A stretch of 64,000 bases of DNA from NCBI GenBank assembly GCA_028534125.1, contig CM052817.1, positions 82,586,001 to 82,650,000 on the forward strand, in the 5' to 3' direction. Position numbers and translations under genes: made by a program. This DNA is from Lama glama. Its lineage: Eukaryota. The notes under the pieces are model-generated. The model made no database searches. It saw nothing but the letters and a program-made list of their open reading frames with translations, and had not been told where the DNA came from. This document shows, one piece after another, positions 39,235 through 51,990 of the stretch (position 1 is its first letter; each line of letters opens with the position of its first letter).

Positions 39235-39365
39235 AGTGTTAGAGACTTACTAGAATATAAACTTCATCAAGGCAAGAATTTTATTTTTTGTTCATCAATG
39301 AAAATCCTCTTAATTCTAGAACAGTGCCTTGTTGGGTCTTCAACAATGATTCCTGTGAATAAATG
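39235..39365 (+). mobile_element. L2 3' end
   Basis: actagaatataaacttcatcaaggcaagaatt...ttgttcatc...ctagaacagtgcct...gtgaataaatg. Confidence 0.72.
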
Positions 39366-39559
39366 TATGAGATTACAGAAATATAACTTTTATAATGAAA
39401 GTGAGAAAATAATAAAAATTATCTCATAACTTTTTCAGTGAAATAAATAATTTATGTCTGGTTAAATCTACACTGGATTGGAAATCATTACAGTTATTTT
39501 TCAGCTTCGAAGATTATCTCATGAAAATTCAAGATTATGTTATGTGATTTTGGGTGCTG

Positions 39560-39990
39560 TCAATATGAGGTAGAGCACAAAGGTGAAAAATTAATTTATA
39601 AAGTAAAAATCTAAACACCCACCACGCAGAAATAACCACATAATATTGAGAGCATAATCCTGCACACATTTTGATACCTATTTTTTTATCTACCCATGCA
39701 TTTGTTCATTTGTCTCTCCCTGTGTCCAACATTAGTAAACTCAATATACCCTACCATTTGGTCACTAGGCTATAAATATTGTTTGTTCCTTTTGACTTAC
39801 TTTGCTTAATTTGCTGTTGTAGAAGTGCAGCAAGTTTTCTATAGGAAAAGCTTTGCACACATCCATGGGAATAATTCCTAGATTTTAAATTGAGGAGACT
39901 GGTGTATGCATATTTTTATAGTTTTGAGAAGGGTAAGTATTTCATGACTCAAAAACAGAGTATACAAGTGTCATTTTCTTAGCAATGAGT
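39560..39990 (-). mobile_element. Very old L1ME-like 3' fragment
   Basis: acccaccacgcagaaataacca and gggaataattcctaga; highly degenerate. Confidence 0.4.
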
Positions 39991-40477
39991 ATTGGCAGGG
40001 CTTCTCATTCTTACCAACTTCAAAGATACCTTAATTTTTATGAGAACATTTGCACAATATAATGCTTCAACTCCATAGTTTTTCAGACAACTGACTCTAT
40101 TTTCCCATCTTCTGTACCACAGAGAGTATAGTTCGTATAATAAATCCTTAGCTTCTCTGTAACTCTGCTGGCTAGTAGCAAGGACTCCAAGTAAGACTCT
40201 GAATGTTTCTTAACGCTTGTGGACTTTGGATCCCAGCTGCTGATGACTACTGTGGATTATTTCATACTTCTTTAGTATTCTTAGCAACTGTTGTGGCTGT
40301 GATGGCAATACAGTTTTAGCCATGGTTACAATCTGTATCTCTTTTGTGTTCTGTGATTTGATGGTAGATAATCTTGGAGGAGGGTCGTGTCCTCATAGCA
40401 GCTGCTGGTCATAGCCATTCCACCTTACAGCTTAAATCTTCTCATTCAGCCAGAGGGCTCTTTTAAAAACATATATG

Positions 40478-40537
40478 TATGTATTTATTGAAGTACAGTC
40501 AGTTTACAGAGTTGTGTCAATTTCTGGTGTACAGCAT
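40478..40537 (-). mobile_element. Very short camelid-type L1 3' stub
   Basis: tttattgaagtacagtcagtttacagagttgtgtcaatttctggtgtacagca is the reverse complement of the young L1 terminus. Confidence 0.88.
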
Positions 40538-40954
40538 TCACATATGTTTCGGCAGAAGATTACTTTTAGGACTCAGTAGCAGGCAAATTTACCAATCAAG
40601 CTAACTTGTGGAAAAGAAGTAAACAGAAGATGAACAGTAAATTGCTGAAGTTAAATAAAAGTTGGAAGCAAAGAATAAACTAATTTTCAGTGTCATGACC
40701 TTCCTATATCAATGTTATATTATTCTCATTATTCTTACTAAGAAAAAAATCCCTACATCTTGCTGTAAATACAACAATACAATAATTTTGTCTGAGATCC
40801 CTCAAAAAAGGAATTGCTTTTTATTCCTGCTTTTAATGAAAATTGGGGTCATAGGATGAAAATATTTAGACCTTATTTTTGCAAACATCAAACCTCAAGA
40901 AAAATGTGTGCTTATGGTTTCAACTAGAGACCTTATTGCTGCAATGTATGGGCA

Positions 40955-42100
40955 TTTCCTTATTCACAACCTCATTTATACAACAAGTATTTCCTGAATG
41001 ACCAATACATGTCAACTTCTGTGGTGGATGCTAGAGATAAGTGATTAATAAAACAGACTGCTCCTGCACTCTAACTAGAATTATAGACAGTTGAATACAA
41101 ACAGGAGAGTGCTATGAACTATGCTAGATGTATCAGGTGTGGAGATGACAAGAGCTTATGTCATAGGCTAGAAGAATCAGTGAAGACTTCACTAAGAAAA
41201 TATTATTTATGACCTTAGTGATGAGAATTAGGAATTATTTATGTGACAAGGGGACAGGATTCCAAACTGGAAATATTAGAAATGAATGCCCAAGGTGAAA
41301 TTTTTAGTGCACTGCAGGAACATAAACGCGGATTACTACCCTGAGTAAGGGGTATTAAGGGAAGAAGATGAACATAGGAGAATTCAGCCAGTCCAGGTCG
41401 TCTGGACCTGGGTAAGACATGGATAGGAGTTTTGATTTTATTCGAAGAGAATGAGGAAAACATTATAGTATTTTACATAGGGCACTTACAGGAACAGAGT
41501 TGTTTATTTGAAAGAACACTCTGGCTAATGTTGGGCACTAGTTGAAGAAAAACACAGCTTGAGGTGAGGATACCAGTTTGAAGCCTGTTTTGTTATTCAG
41601 AGGATACCAAATATTAGCATTGACTAAAGATACGCTCTCAGCGCGGTTTAGAGGGGCGGGAGTGAAGACAGAAAGACGTAAACAGACTGAAAGAGACTTA
41701 TATGATGTAAAATTTTAAGGCCTCTGTGGAGCATTATGAAAGGAAGAAAACCATGGATGTCTCTGAAGGCTCTGAGTGGGACTCCAGGCGTTTGGCTATG
41801 CTGCACTAGGAGATCATAAAAAAGGACCAGCTCATTGAGAGAAGAAAAGTGAGATTAAGCTTATGCATATTGAATATAACCTTCCTATATGCTATAAAAT
41901 AAAAGTGCCCAACTGGAAAATAGATACACCATCTAGAACTTAAGAGTGAGCTCCACGCAGAGGATACTGTGGAATTTCAACATACAACTGGTAACTTGGA
42001 CACACGTCGTTAATCTCACCCAGAGAGATGACATAGAATAAAAAGGGAAAAGGTTCTTGAATAGAATCTTGAAGGAATACAAACTAGGAAATGAAATTTT
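40955..42100 (-). mobile_element. L2 (about 1 kb, degenerate)
   Basis: caacaagtatttcctgaatgacc...gatgctagagata...aataaaacagac; ggagttttgattttattc; gaaagaacactctggct. Confidence 0.7.
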
Positions 42101-44121
42101 CAAACTCAAGTATCTTCTGTGGCCAATCAGATGGTATAAATTAATAAAAGAGTCCAGATATACAAATATACAAATAATAATAATAATAATAATGGCATAA
42201 AGAGATAAGTGGCCACAAACATTGTGACTCAAGGTCAGGGTCCAAAGGAGGTGACGGAGGCTGTAGTGGCCTCAGAACGAATGCCTTTCAGGAGGTGCTG
42301 CCAGTCAACTCTAACCAGTTTTTTAGTATTAAACAATGTATCATGGAAAGCTCAAACTCTGGATGTTCATATAATTTTTTTGAATATTGACAACTAATTA
42401 TTAAAAAAAGTTGTGAGTAGCAAACAACACACAATGGTGGACCAGATTCTACACAGGGCCGTCCCATTTTAAGGAACAGAATGAAAAAAGAGAGTAGCAA
42501 CAGAGGAGACTTGGGACATATGAACAGAGATGTACAAATGCAGTGACCCTAAAGAGCTAACAGACTTCCTCATCCACTACTAAGTGGTGAGAACCTGTGG
42601 AATAACTGGTCCTTGGGCTTGGAAATGGCTCCAAGTATTAAACAGCCTGTACTGATATTACTCACAACACCGCCTTCCGTCTCCTACTGTTCATCTTCAT
42701 CGTGTACGATTTATTATGCTTCCATGTGCATGAGTTGCAGTGATAGTTGTTCAACTAGTAAATGGAGTATATAGTTCATCTTTTCCAGAAATATTTATCA
42801 CTTGTGGTTTAACATTTTTTGTACCTCGAACATACTGTTTTAGCAATGTGTTCAGTCTAATTCTCTTTAAGATTTTTTTTCTACTTTTCTTTCCTTAAAT
42901 AGCATGGCAATATATCCATATTGGATAGTTTTCTTGATAAGATTTTGCATCTGCTCCAACTAGAACAGAATGTGACTGCCAGGATGCATGTAGCTGGAAT
43001 GACAGAAGCACATTTTTTTTTTTGAGGGATTTATTGGATAGAAGTCAAACACTATATTGACTTGGCTCTAACAAGGTTTCTCTTATGCACCCTATAAGGT
43101 ATTATACTTTCTTGGCAAATAAGAAGTGCTAACTCCTCTCTCTTGGGGTTGAGGCATATCCTGCCCAAGCAAAAGGATGAACATGATAACCTAAGAGGTA
43201 TTTTTCCAATCACGACTACTGTGATCTAAGTCCAATAGACAACTAGAACTTTTAAAGCATTTCATTTTAAAATGATTGCACTTATCTTAAGATATATCCT
43301 ATGAAATATATATTTGCTTTAACATACATTGCAAGAGTCTGAGCAATTTCTTCCAGTTATATTTTGCTCTACAGTTTTCAATAAGAAACTTGGGAAATCC
43401 AATGTCCTATGTATTTTCAGGAGAATGTCAAAGCTGAATTCAATTTGTGAAGGATAATACTTTCTCAAGAACAGTATTAATGTATTAGACCCTCAATTTT
43501 CACTTATTTTTTCATAATTAATTCCAAAATTTACAAATATCTTCTAACTCTATAAATTTCCTTATAAAATTTGTTAAAGTATGATGAAATGACAAATGTA
43601 AATGCTTCATATTTTTAATTTTTGCAAGATAATATTTGAGTCATTGAAATAAATCTGAATATTTGAAACAAGTCTCTCATGAACTATGTGTCCAAGTTAA
43701 GCCCATAATTCTGTGCAAACTTTACTGTCTATGCACTTGAATTAGACATCAACATAGCTGAGTCATCATCTATGTTCACCTATCAGCCAAGTAGCCTTTT
43801 CCCTCACATTTAGGCACATAAAATGCATATTTATATGACAGCAAAATTAGTATTTACTATGCTTTATGGATTTTTTGGCCTCCTGTAAATGAAAAAAAGG
43901 TGGAGATACAGAAACTCCAAATGGCAAGTTTTAAAGAATAAATCAAAAGTCCAGGGAACAGTGGAAAAGGCCACACATGTAATTATTCTGTTTTTTTGTT
44001 TCCTCAAGGTCTATTATGTGGCCTCCACACAGTGCATTTAGCTTTAGCCTCTCTCTGCATCTGCCTGATCCTTCCTTGACTCCTACTTATTTCATATTTC
44101 TTTTTGTTTCTTGCTTATTAC

Positions 44122-44470
44122 ATTTTTTAACCATTTCATTGAGGTATAACTGACATACAAAAAGCTGTACATGTTTAATGTACACAACATACTGAGTCTG
44201 AAGATAAGTGTGGACCTCTGAAACCATCACCACACCTATGCCATAAACATATCCATTCCCTCCAAAAGTTTTCCCTGCATCCTTTACTATTATTAATGTC
44301 TGTGTGTGTGTGCCTGTATGATAAAAGCACTCAACAGAAGGTTTACCCATGTAGCAAATCAGGGAGGTGTTCGTCAAAGGGTAGAAAACTTTCAGTTATA
44401 CCAAATGACTATGTTCTAGATCTACTGTAGAACACAATGCCTGCAGTTTACAAAACTGTGTTATGTACTC
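44122..44470 (-). mobile_element. L1MA/MB 3' end with an inverted 5' segment
   Basis: The antisense tail attgaggtataactgacatac...gcactcaacagaaggtttaccc (44135-44348) is followed by sense gggaggtgttcgtcaaagggtagaaaactttcagttata...tgtgttatgtact (44361-44469). Confidence 0.8.
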
Positions 44471-44599
44471 ATTGTATTTGCTAATAATTCATTCACCCAG
44501 ACCTTGGACAAATAAAGCAGGTGTCAGGTAAAATGTAGGGGAAAAAAGAGGCAGAAAAAGAAAAAGTTGACTTTCTCTGAGTGTCTCTCATGGGCCATT

Positions 44600-45365
44600 A
44601 ACTCTGATAGGCTCTTTACTAGCATCCTTCTCAGTATCCACAGCACGGCTGAATACCTCAGGGTATCACACATTCTTCTTCACCACTCACCACGTTTAAT
44701 CTATCACTAGACTCTAAATACCTTTCATATGCCTTGTAAACATCTCAGTTATCAAACCACTTCCATCCATCCTGTCAAGTCTGGGTTGCTATCATTTTTC
44801 ACCAATAAATTTCTAATTACTCTATTTAGACTCATCTCATTCTATCTGCTGTACTTTATTAAAATGCTATTAAAGATGCGTATTTGTCATGCCCTTTCAA
44901 CACCTTAAAATCCTTCAGCCGCTCTTACACAAAACCTACGTATTTCCAAGTATGTGTCAAATTCCCGAATGATTCACTGCTATCTGCCCTTCTAAATGTA
45001 CTCAGCATCATTCTCTGGCATGGCATCTAGAATGATTCATTCCCTCAAGTCTCCCAAGCTCAGCTGCACTGTAGGGCATTTTCACAAGCCTCTCCATCTG
45101 CACGAGTGCTCTTGGCCTCAACCTTCCAGAATGCTACATTCCATGTGCCCATCAGGTCCTTCTCTTCCTATGACAAACTTCCTGCCCAGGTTCCATTAGG
45201 TCCTCAAGCTTGTAGTTTAAAAAAACTCAACACTTCTTTCTGACAACTGATTAAATGTGTATTTGTGTCATATGTGTCCTTCCATTCTGGCGTGTGAAAC
45301 CCACATATCCCTAGTATTTATAGTGTTTGGCATATATTAGAGAGCTAACACATATTTGATAATAA
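44600..45365 (+). mobile_element. L2
   Basis: cttaaaatccttcag; gggcattttcacaagc...cttccagaatgct; tatccctagtatttatagtgtttggcata. Confidence 0.65.
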
Positions 45366-46059
45366 AATGAAATAAAAATATCCATATGTAAATCATTCAA
45401 TTCATTTTACAGTATGAGATTCCTAAATGACCTCTCTACATAGAACTCACGAAGTTACCTAGGACTGAAAGTAAAACATGATCTGAGCTATACTTAGTGC
45501 TTATGTGTTCCTTCTTGGCTAATCTCATTATGTTAAAGATGATTTATGAGATGAATTAGAGTTGATTTAAAATGTTTTTGTCTCATTACTATTTGTTGCA
45601 TGTATCAAATAAAGCAAATCTAAGTTACTTTTTATTTTTATAAACTACAGATAAATCCAAACGGAACAAATGGGCTTTTTAATATTCCAAAGGAAATATC
45701 AATACTATGACTAGACTAGTTTTCATTATCAAGCCATTGTTTCCACATATCTTTTGAACCTCAGGTCAAAATATTTATTTTGGAGTATTTAGGAGATATT
45801 TTTTAAATGGAACAAATTCTTAAGGTGTTGGTAAATATTTTGAATCTTTAAACTACAATATAGACCCTGATTTAATTCACTAACAAAACACCAAAACTGA
45901 ATTTAAAAATGTTTTTATTCACCCATTACTTATTCCCCATTTTTTTTTTTTGTAATCCACAAAGCCCTCTCTGATGCCCATTTTTCTTGCTATTTTTTAA
46001 TTTCCCAGGACCACAGAACTCTTTCAGAATATTGCTCCAGGTCTGTTTACCTTAGTGCA

Positions 46060-46150
46060 GTTAAAGAAGCCAGGCTGCATCACGGTTAACAGTGTGGCCT
46101 CTGGAGCCAGCCTGCCTGGATTTGAATCCTGACTTTGTCACTTACTAACT
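46060..46150 (+). mobile_element. MIR 5' part
   Basis: ggttaacagtgtggcctctggagccagcctgcctggatttgaatcctgactttgtcacttactaact. Confidence 0.8.
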
Positions 46151-47746
46151 ATAAAAATATTTCCTGAGTATCAAAAATATGGAGCAATTAATTTGATGGC
46201 CTTTGGCTCAGAATGCAAATGCTTACAAGGTTGATACTGTGCCTGTAAGCCCTAAATAAATAATCTGACAACCTCAACATTAACCAGCATTTCTGAGGGA
46301 AAATATCCTATGATCTGTTACCTCAACAATTTGAAGCATGCTGCTTACAACATCATTATTACATTATAAAGGTCATTTGTTTCAGGCATTTCCTTAAACA
46401 GAGACAACTGTAAATACACACACACACACATACACACACATAATACAGTAAGAGAATTCTGTACTATGATAATATGCTGACTGAGTTATTTGGGGCAGTT
46501 TTTATCAATGTTTATATTTTATAATTTTCCCTTAATGTAAGAAAAACTTATTTAATATTTTGAATCTTAGATTTTTTAATAAGGAGACGGTTTATTATTT
46601 CAGTGTGTATAGACACTTTTCTTGTAATTTTATAGATGACAAAAACAAATTAATAAGTAAGTCACATTAGATTATGGTAGCAATAACTGCCTCTCTGAAT
46701 TAATACCATGAATACACTGCTACTCACCTTTATTTCATTCTTATAATGTGTTGTTGATATTAAATTATTTCATCTTAAATAACCATGTTTCATTAACAAC
46801 TAGAGAAAAGGAAAACAAATGATTTTTTCTTATTTAACAACAGTAGTAAATTATTTGGAAACTACATTGTTACTAGAATATTTAAAATATCCTAATTATT
46901 TGGACCAAAAATATAATTTAATTAAAAATTAGCCTACAAAATTTGACTAGCACTATATAGTCAAAAGATGACCTAAAATTGTTTGGGGGCTTAAATATAC
47001 TTTTCATGATATAAGTCCTCATGTAGAAAATTTAGAATATATTCCTCAGCTATCTTGTGCTCTTCATACACATAGCACAAGATATTGTCAATGGCATAAT
47101 GACAGTCCAGTGTAAGAAATATTTTGCTAGTGCACTACAGTCAGGGTCATTCTAGGTGCAGTTCAGAGAGACACTCCATATAGGTGTATTTGAATCTGGC
47201 TGAAGACAGGTCAAAAATGATTAAAGTCAAGAGGGTAAGGCCCATCTAAGAGACAGTCAAGAGGACTTTGGTTGTCTGATGAAAGCTAATCACTCTAATA
47301 ACATGAAAGCTAAAGAAGGAACTCAGTCCTTTGTCCGAAGAGCTGCACTACCATCCAGTGGCTCTTCTCTCTCTCCCACAATGCAGCTGTTAAAGGCTTC
47401 TAGGGTTAAGATCACAAAACTATTTAGAGTTCTAACAGACTTGAAGTAAAGAAAAACCTTCAAAAATTCAGCAGTACAACTGGCTTCGTTAAGAAGCAAT
47501 GAGATTCTTTGAAAATGAAGAGTTCAGAAGTGAAACATTCTTATAGTTCCAGACGTTGCAGAGGGGTTTATTGCAACCAAGTCTGTCTCCCTCTAGGTAA
47601 CACCTGCTTATCATCCTCTGCTCCTAACTGGTTTCAGAAAATAAAGAAAATCAGTTCCATCACTTATTCACCCACAGACCTTTCAATAGTTTAAGGCAAT
47701 TCTTTGGTACCTCAGTTAGAGCAATATATGTATTTCCATTTCCAAA

Positions 47747-48360
47747 TGAGACAAGAGGGAAGGGGGCAGGGCACAAGCACTAGAAGAATGACACAGCTAT
47801 TAGCACCAGGATAGTAGATAATTCAACTCCCAGTTAGACCTGAGCTTCAATATGCACTCATTGAAATACAGTAGCTGCTAAATGGCCCTCCCACAGGCGC
47901 CAGGACAGTTTTAAGGCTGACCACAAAAGGTCAAAGGGTGGGCGATAGCCCAGATCCTGAGAATTCCAGCGTCTTCCCCCAAGTAGCTGGAATAATTCCC
48001 CTACTCCTTAGCACATGAAGCTACAAAGCCCATAAAAACCAGCAACACCACACCTCGTGACAGCTCTCCCTTCTGAGCGAGACAGCCCGCACTCAGTCCA
48101 TGGAGTGTGTATCTACTTTTACTTTAAACTGAGCACCCAACCCCCACACCTCTTGGCCTTTCTCTTGCCTTCTGAAACAGCCTACAGTGTCTACGGAGTA
48201 TGTATCGCTCTGAATAAATCTACATTTACCCAACTGTGGCTCACCCTTGAATCCTTTCCTGTGCAAAGCTAAGGACCCAGAGTTGGCAGTCCATGTCCCA
48301 GGGACTCAGCTGAGACCTGGGACACAGCCATCTTCTCACCTCACATTTTTCCTGTTATCA
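47747..48360 (+). mobile_element. ERV solo LTR, 614 bp, probably ERV1 class
   Basis: TG...CA termini (tgagac...ttatca). 4-bp TSD caaa at 47743-47746 and 48361-48364. TATA-like cataaaaa at about 48031 and aataaa at about 48213. Confidence 0.88.
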
Positions 48361-50574
48361 CAAAGCTCTCTTGATTTCGTGGATAAAAGACAGTATAGAA
48401 TTTGGTAACTCCAAGTGTCTGGCAAGTAAGAGGAAGCGTCCATCATCTTCATCACCAGTGTCCCAACACTGTGGTGCTTTCTTTCCTCAGTCAAGTGGTC
48501 TGAGTCTACCAGAAAGACACTGAGATTCCTCCAGTCACATACATTTCCAGGTCAGTGTATCTTGTGTGACAAATGATTAGCTGCTGACTTGAGTCACTTT
48601 TAACTAATTTCCTAAATGTCTTCTCTTTGGTGTGGCTAAGAATCATGTGCCCAATTCCCCTGGCCTTCTCAGTCTGGCACGCTCTATGGAAAATCTGAGT
48701 ATTGCACAAGTGAAGTCTGGTAAAATTACACTTTATCCAAAACAAACAGTGGGAGCACTACCAGAGGAGTTTATGGTTCTTTCCGGAAAAGCAGGATTTG
48801 GGGGATAACTCTTCTCAAGTCTGTTGCACTCTTGTGACGATGTCAACCGCAACCACTAAAACACAACATACTCCTTTTCTCCTGTGCCTAATTTTACCCT
48901 GAGTTAACTGGAGGAATCAACTTTCCCAAGTTAATCACCTCTTCTCTTGTACCCTAGAAGTCTGTGAGTTCCGTTTAAACAGGGTATACAACTTCTTTTC
49001 AAAGGACCCCGCCACAGTCTGTAGGGATTGCCTTTAGACACTGGGAACATCATTCAACTTATGCCCCTGTTCTAATATTCATGGCTTACCAGCCTATTCT
49101 TTTCACTTACACTAAAGGAAATTTGAAGGTTACAAAAATACCCTTTTGTAAATCATTAAACACGGCACTTTCTTTCAATAGTCTTCCGTCAGTGAAAGAT
49201 GATGAAGCATGCCATTATCAAGGTACTAGCTTCCTTTTTTCGTGCAGGCATTAAAAAAAATCACATATTTTTGTAGCCATGATATTCGTAAATGTTATAT
49301 GTCCTTGGTGGAAAATGAGAGTTGTTTCAATTAAACCAGACTTGTGAAGTCAATCCTTCTGTATCAGATCCTACACCAAGAAAGGGATGAAACATATAGA
49401 GTCCATGCTAATTTCAGTTTAAGAAAAGTACTGCCACTGTTGTTTTGTGCTTTGTTTCATATTTTCCTGAGAATGACTGAATACGTATGTTGGCATTTCG
49501 AAGTGATGAACAGTTTCTAAAATTCTGAATGAATACATTTGTGATATAAAAACATTTTATCATAGAAAATCAAAATTGTTCAGCTGTATCTGAATTATTC
49601 AGAATATTTAGTCTCATGATCTTCAAATACTCATAGTAAGAGATGTTTTCAATAATAGATAAATTTTTCTAAACTTCATGAAGTATTTCTTCCTTCAAAT
49701 TGTGTTGAATGATTTAAAATATATAAATCACTTAGGAGTGTAGATTGCATATAATAAGCATTATAAGTGTTGTGATAAGTGCTAAATATTTATAAAAATA
49801 TAAATTTAAACATAAAGCAATCTTAATGTAATAGTAACTCCCATTAAATTGTGAAGCATTTGTCATGGGGAAATCAGTGTATTATATCTCCAATGTTATA
49901 AAAATGGATCAGTTTTGAATTCATATGTGCTTCAGTCATTTTTAATGTCAGTACACTATATATGTAACATGTTTAATAATTCCTATAATATGTGAGAATT
50001 GAATTTCATATTTGGACAGAAAAAAGAAAGAATCTACCTGATGAAACAAAGTTCTTTCAATGTAAATTGATATGATGAAAATACATTCATTTTGAAAGCA
50101 AAAAATCATGCTTTAAATTACTCTAAAAAAGTTAATCTCAGAGCAGTAGTTCTATATACTTGAAAACAAAGGAAAACAAAGAACAAGATATTCCCAGAAT
50201 TGACTGGAAATGCTGATGGGATCCTGCACAGGTTGTTATGCAAGCCTGGAATAACTGGAAGGCAATAAAAGTGTGACCAAAAAACTCATGGCTGCATTCC
50301 AAGATGAGCTACTTGCCGTGTTTTCCGTTGTGTCCTGGTGCAGCGCCCCGACGCCTAGCTGTCGAGTCAGAAGGATGTAGGGACACTCTGCGAGGTGCCC
50401 TGCCATCCAGACTGTCATCAAAACATGCTGCTTAAATAATACAGGTCATGAACAACTTCTGTTTATCGTAAGTTGGGTGTTATGTATGCTCATAAATTAC
50501 TCCATATTAACTCTTTTATTCTTTTAGTTTTTCTTTTTAAAGATAGATTCCTATGGATTTTAAACCAGAGATAC

Positions 50575-51067
50575 TGTAACTCAGCAGGACCCTACGGGGC
50601 ATTCCTGGGACAGACCCTCCCCCATGTCCTCTGCTTGAGCTCCTCTCTGAAGTTCCAAGGTAACCGAGGTAACCGTATCTGACGCACACTTCCTGGTTGT
50701 TTTACATATGCTAAAACCACCACCAAATGGAAAAAAGTAACTACTTGATGACCGTGAGCACACAGCCCCCAGATCTACTGCTGCATGAGGATCGAGAATG
50801 TTAACCCCGTCACACCACCTTGCCATCAACCAACCCGAGAATTGTGCATGAGCTAATCACACACGCTGGGGCTCCCCTCCCTCACCTCGCCCTTTAAAAG
50901 GCTTTCCCAGACCCACTGGGGAGTTCGGGCTTTTTGAGCACTGGCTGTCCTGGACTCCGTGTACTGCCGCTCGCAGCAAACACTGCACTTTGCTTTACCA
51001 TGACCTGGGGTCAACAGATTGGCTTTACTGCATATGGGTGAGCTGGCCCAAGTTTGGTTAGGTAAAA
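50575..51067 (+). mobile_element. ERV solo LTR, 493 bp, probably ERV1 class
   Basis: Starts tgtaac and ends ggtaaaa (CA end mutated). 4-bp TSD atac at 50571-50574 and 51068-51071. GC-rich, with TATA-like tttaaaag at about 50893. Confidence 0.85.
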
Positions 51068-51224
51068 ATACCAGAGAGAAAAATTACCTTGAATTTATGT
51101 CAATTTTAAGAGAATTACTACTTTATTATCCCATAATTTTTAACTTGAAAAACTATTATGACTAAAGTTTCTCACATGATGTGTAAGATATCAGTACTCT
51201 AAGGAATAAAAACTAGTCTAAACA

Positions 51225-51408
51225 ACTTAGTTTTAATAGGGAGTTATTATTTAATAGGTATAGAGCTGCTGTTTTGCAAGATGAAAAATTTCTAGAGTTT
51301 GTTTGCACAACAATGTGAATATACTCAACAATACTAAAATGTATACACTTAGGAATGGTTAAGATGATCAATTTTATGTTATATGTTTTTTACCACAATT
51401 TAAAAAAG
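51225..51408 (+). mobile_element. L1MB-type 3' end
   Basis: gggagttattatttaataggtatagag...gttttgcaagatgaaaaa...cacaacaatgtgaatatact...taccacaatttaaaaaa. Confidence 0.85.
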
Positions 51409-51539
51409 TTGATTAAGCAATGCTTAGAACATTGTAATAAAAATGTTTGCTTAGAAACAGTCACAAGAAAGTAAGAACTTTGCTTCTCTCCTTTATATCC
51501 ACAAATATCAATGTTTTTCTTATCTGTCTGTTCCTGTTA

Positions 51540-51990
51540 TGAGAGCAATCGCTAGTACAACTGACTGGGCAATCCCAGCTCTCTTATTAATAATGTTTGC
51601 ACGGCATGTATTTTCCCATCTTTGTACTTTCAACCCACTTACGTTTTTGAACGTAAGTTGGGTCTCCTATAGACTGCATATAATAAGTTTTTACCTTCTT
51701 ATTCAATCTGACAATCTCTGACTTTCCTTTAGACCATTCACATTTAAACAAATTATTGATTATTAGCTGCATTTACATTTACTACTCTGTAATTTGCTTT
51801 CTATATGTCTCTTGTCTTCATCCTGTTTCTCAGTTACTATTGTCTTTTGAGTTGAATAAATGTTTTCATGTACCTCTAATGATTTTTGTTATATATTTTC
51901 AGTTATTATTGATTGCTCCAGGAATTACATTATTTACCTTTTCACAATCTACTTTAGATTAATACTAATTTAACTCTGATAAAATTTAAA
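51540..51990 (-). mobile_element. Old L1 ORF1-end / ORF2 endonuclease-start fragment
   Basis: aatcccagctctcttattaataatgtttgcacggcatgtattttcccatc...gggtctcctatagactgcata...caatctgacaatctctg...agaccattcacatttaa. Confidence 0.78.

Noticed and set aside
50236..50421. 61-aa minus-strand ORF over the CpG patch
   Set aside because: No recognisable homology and no convincing splice sites.
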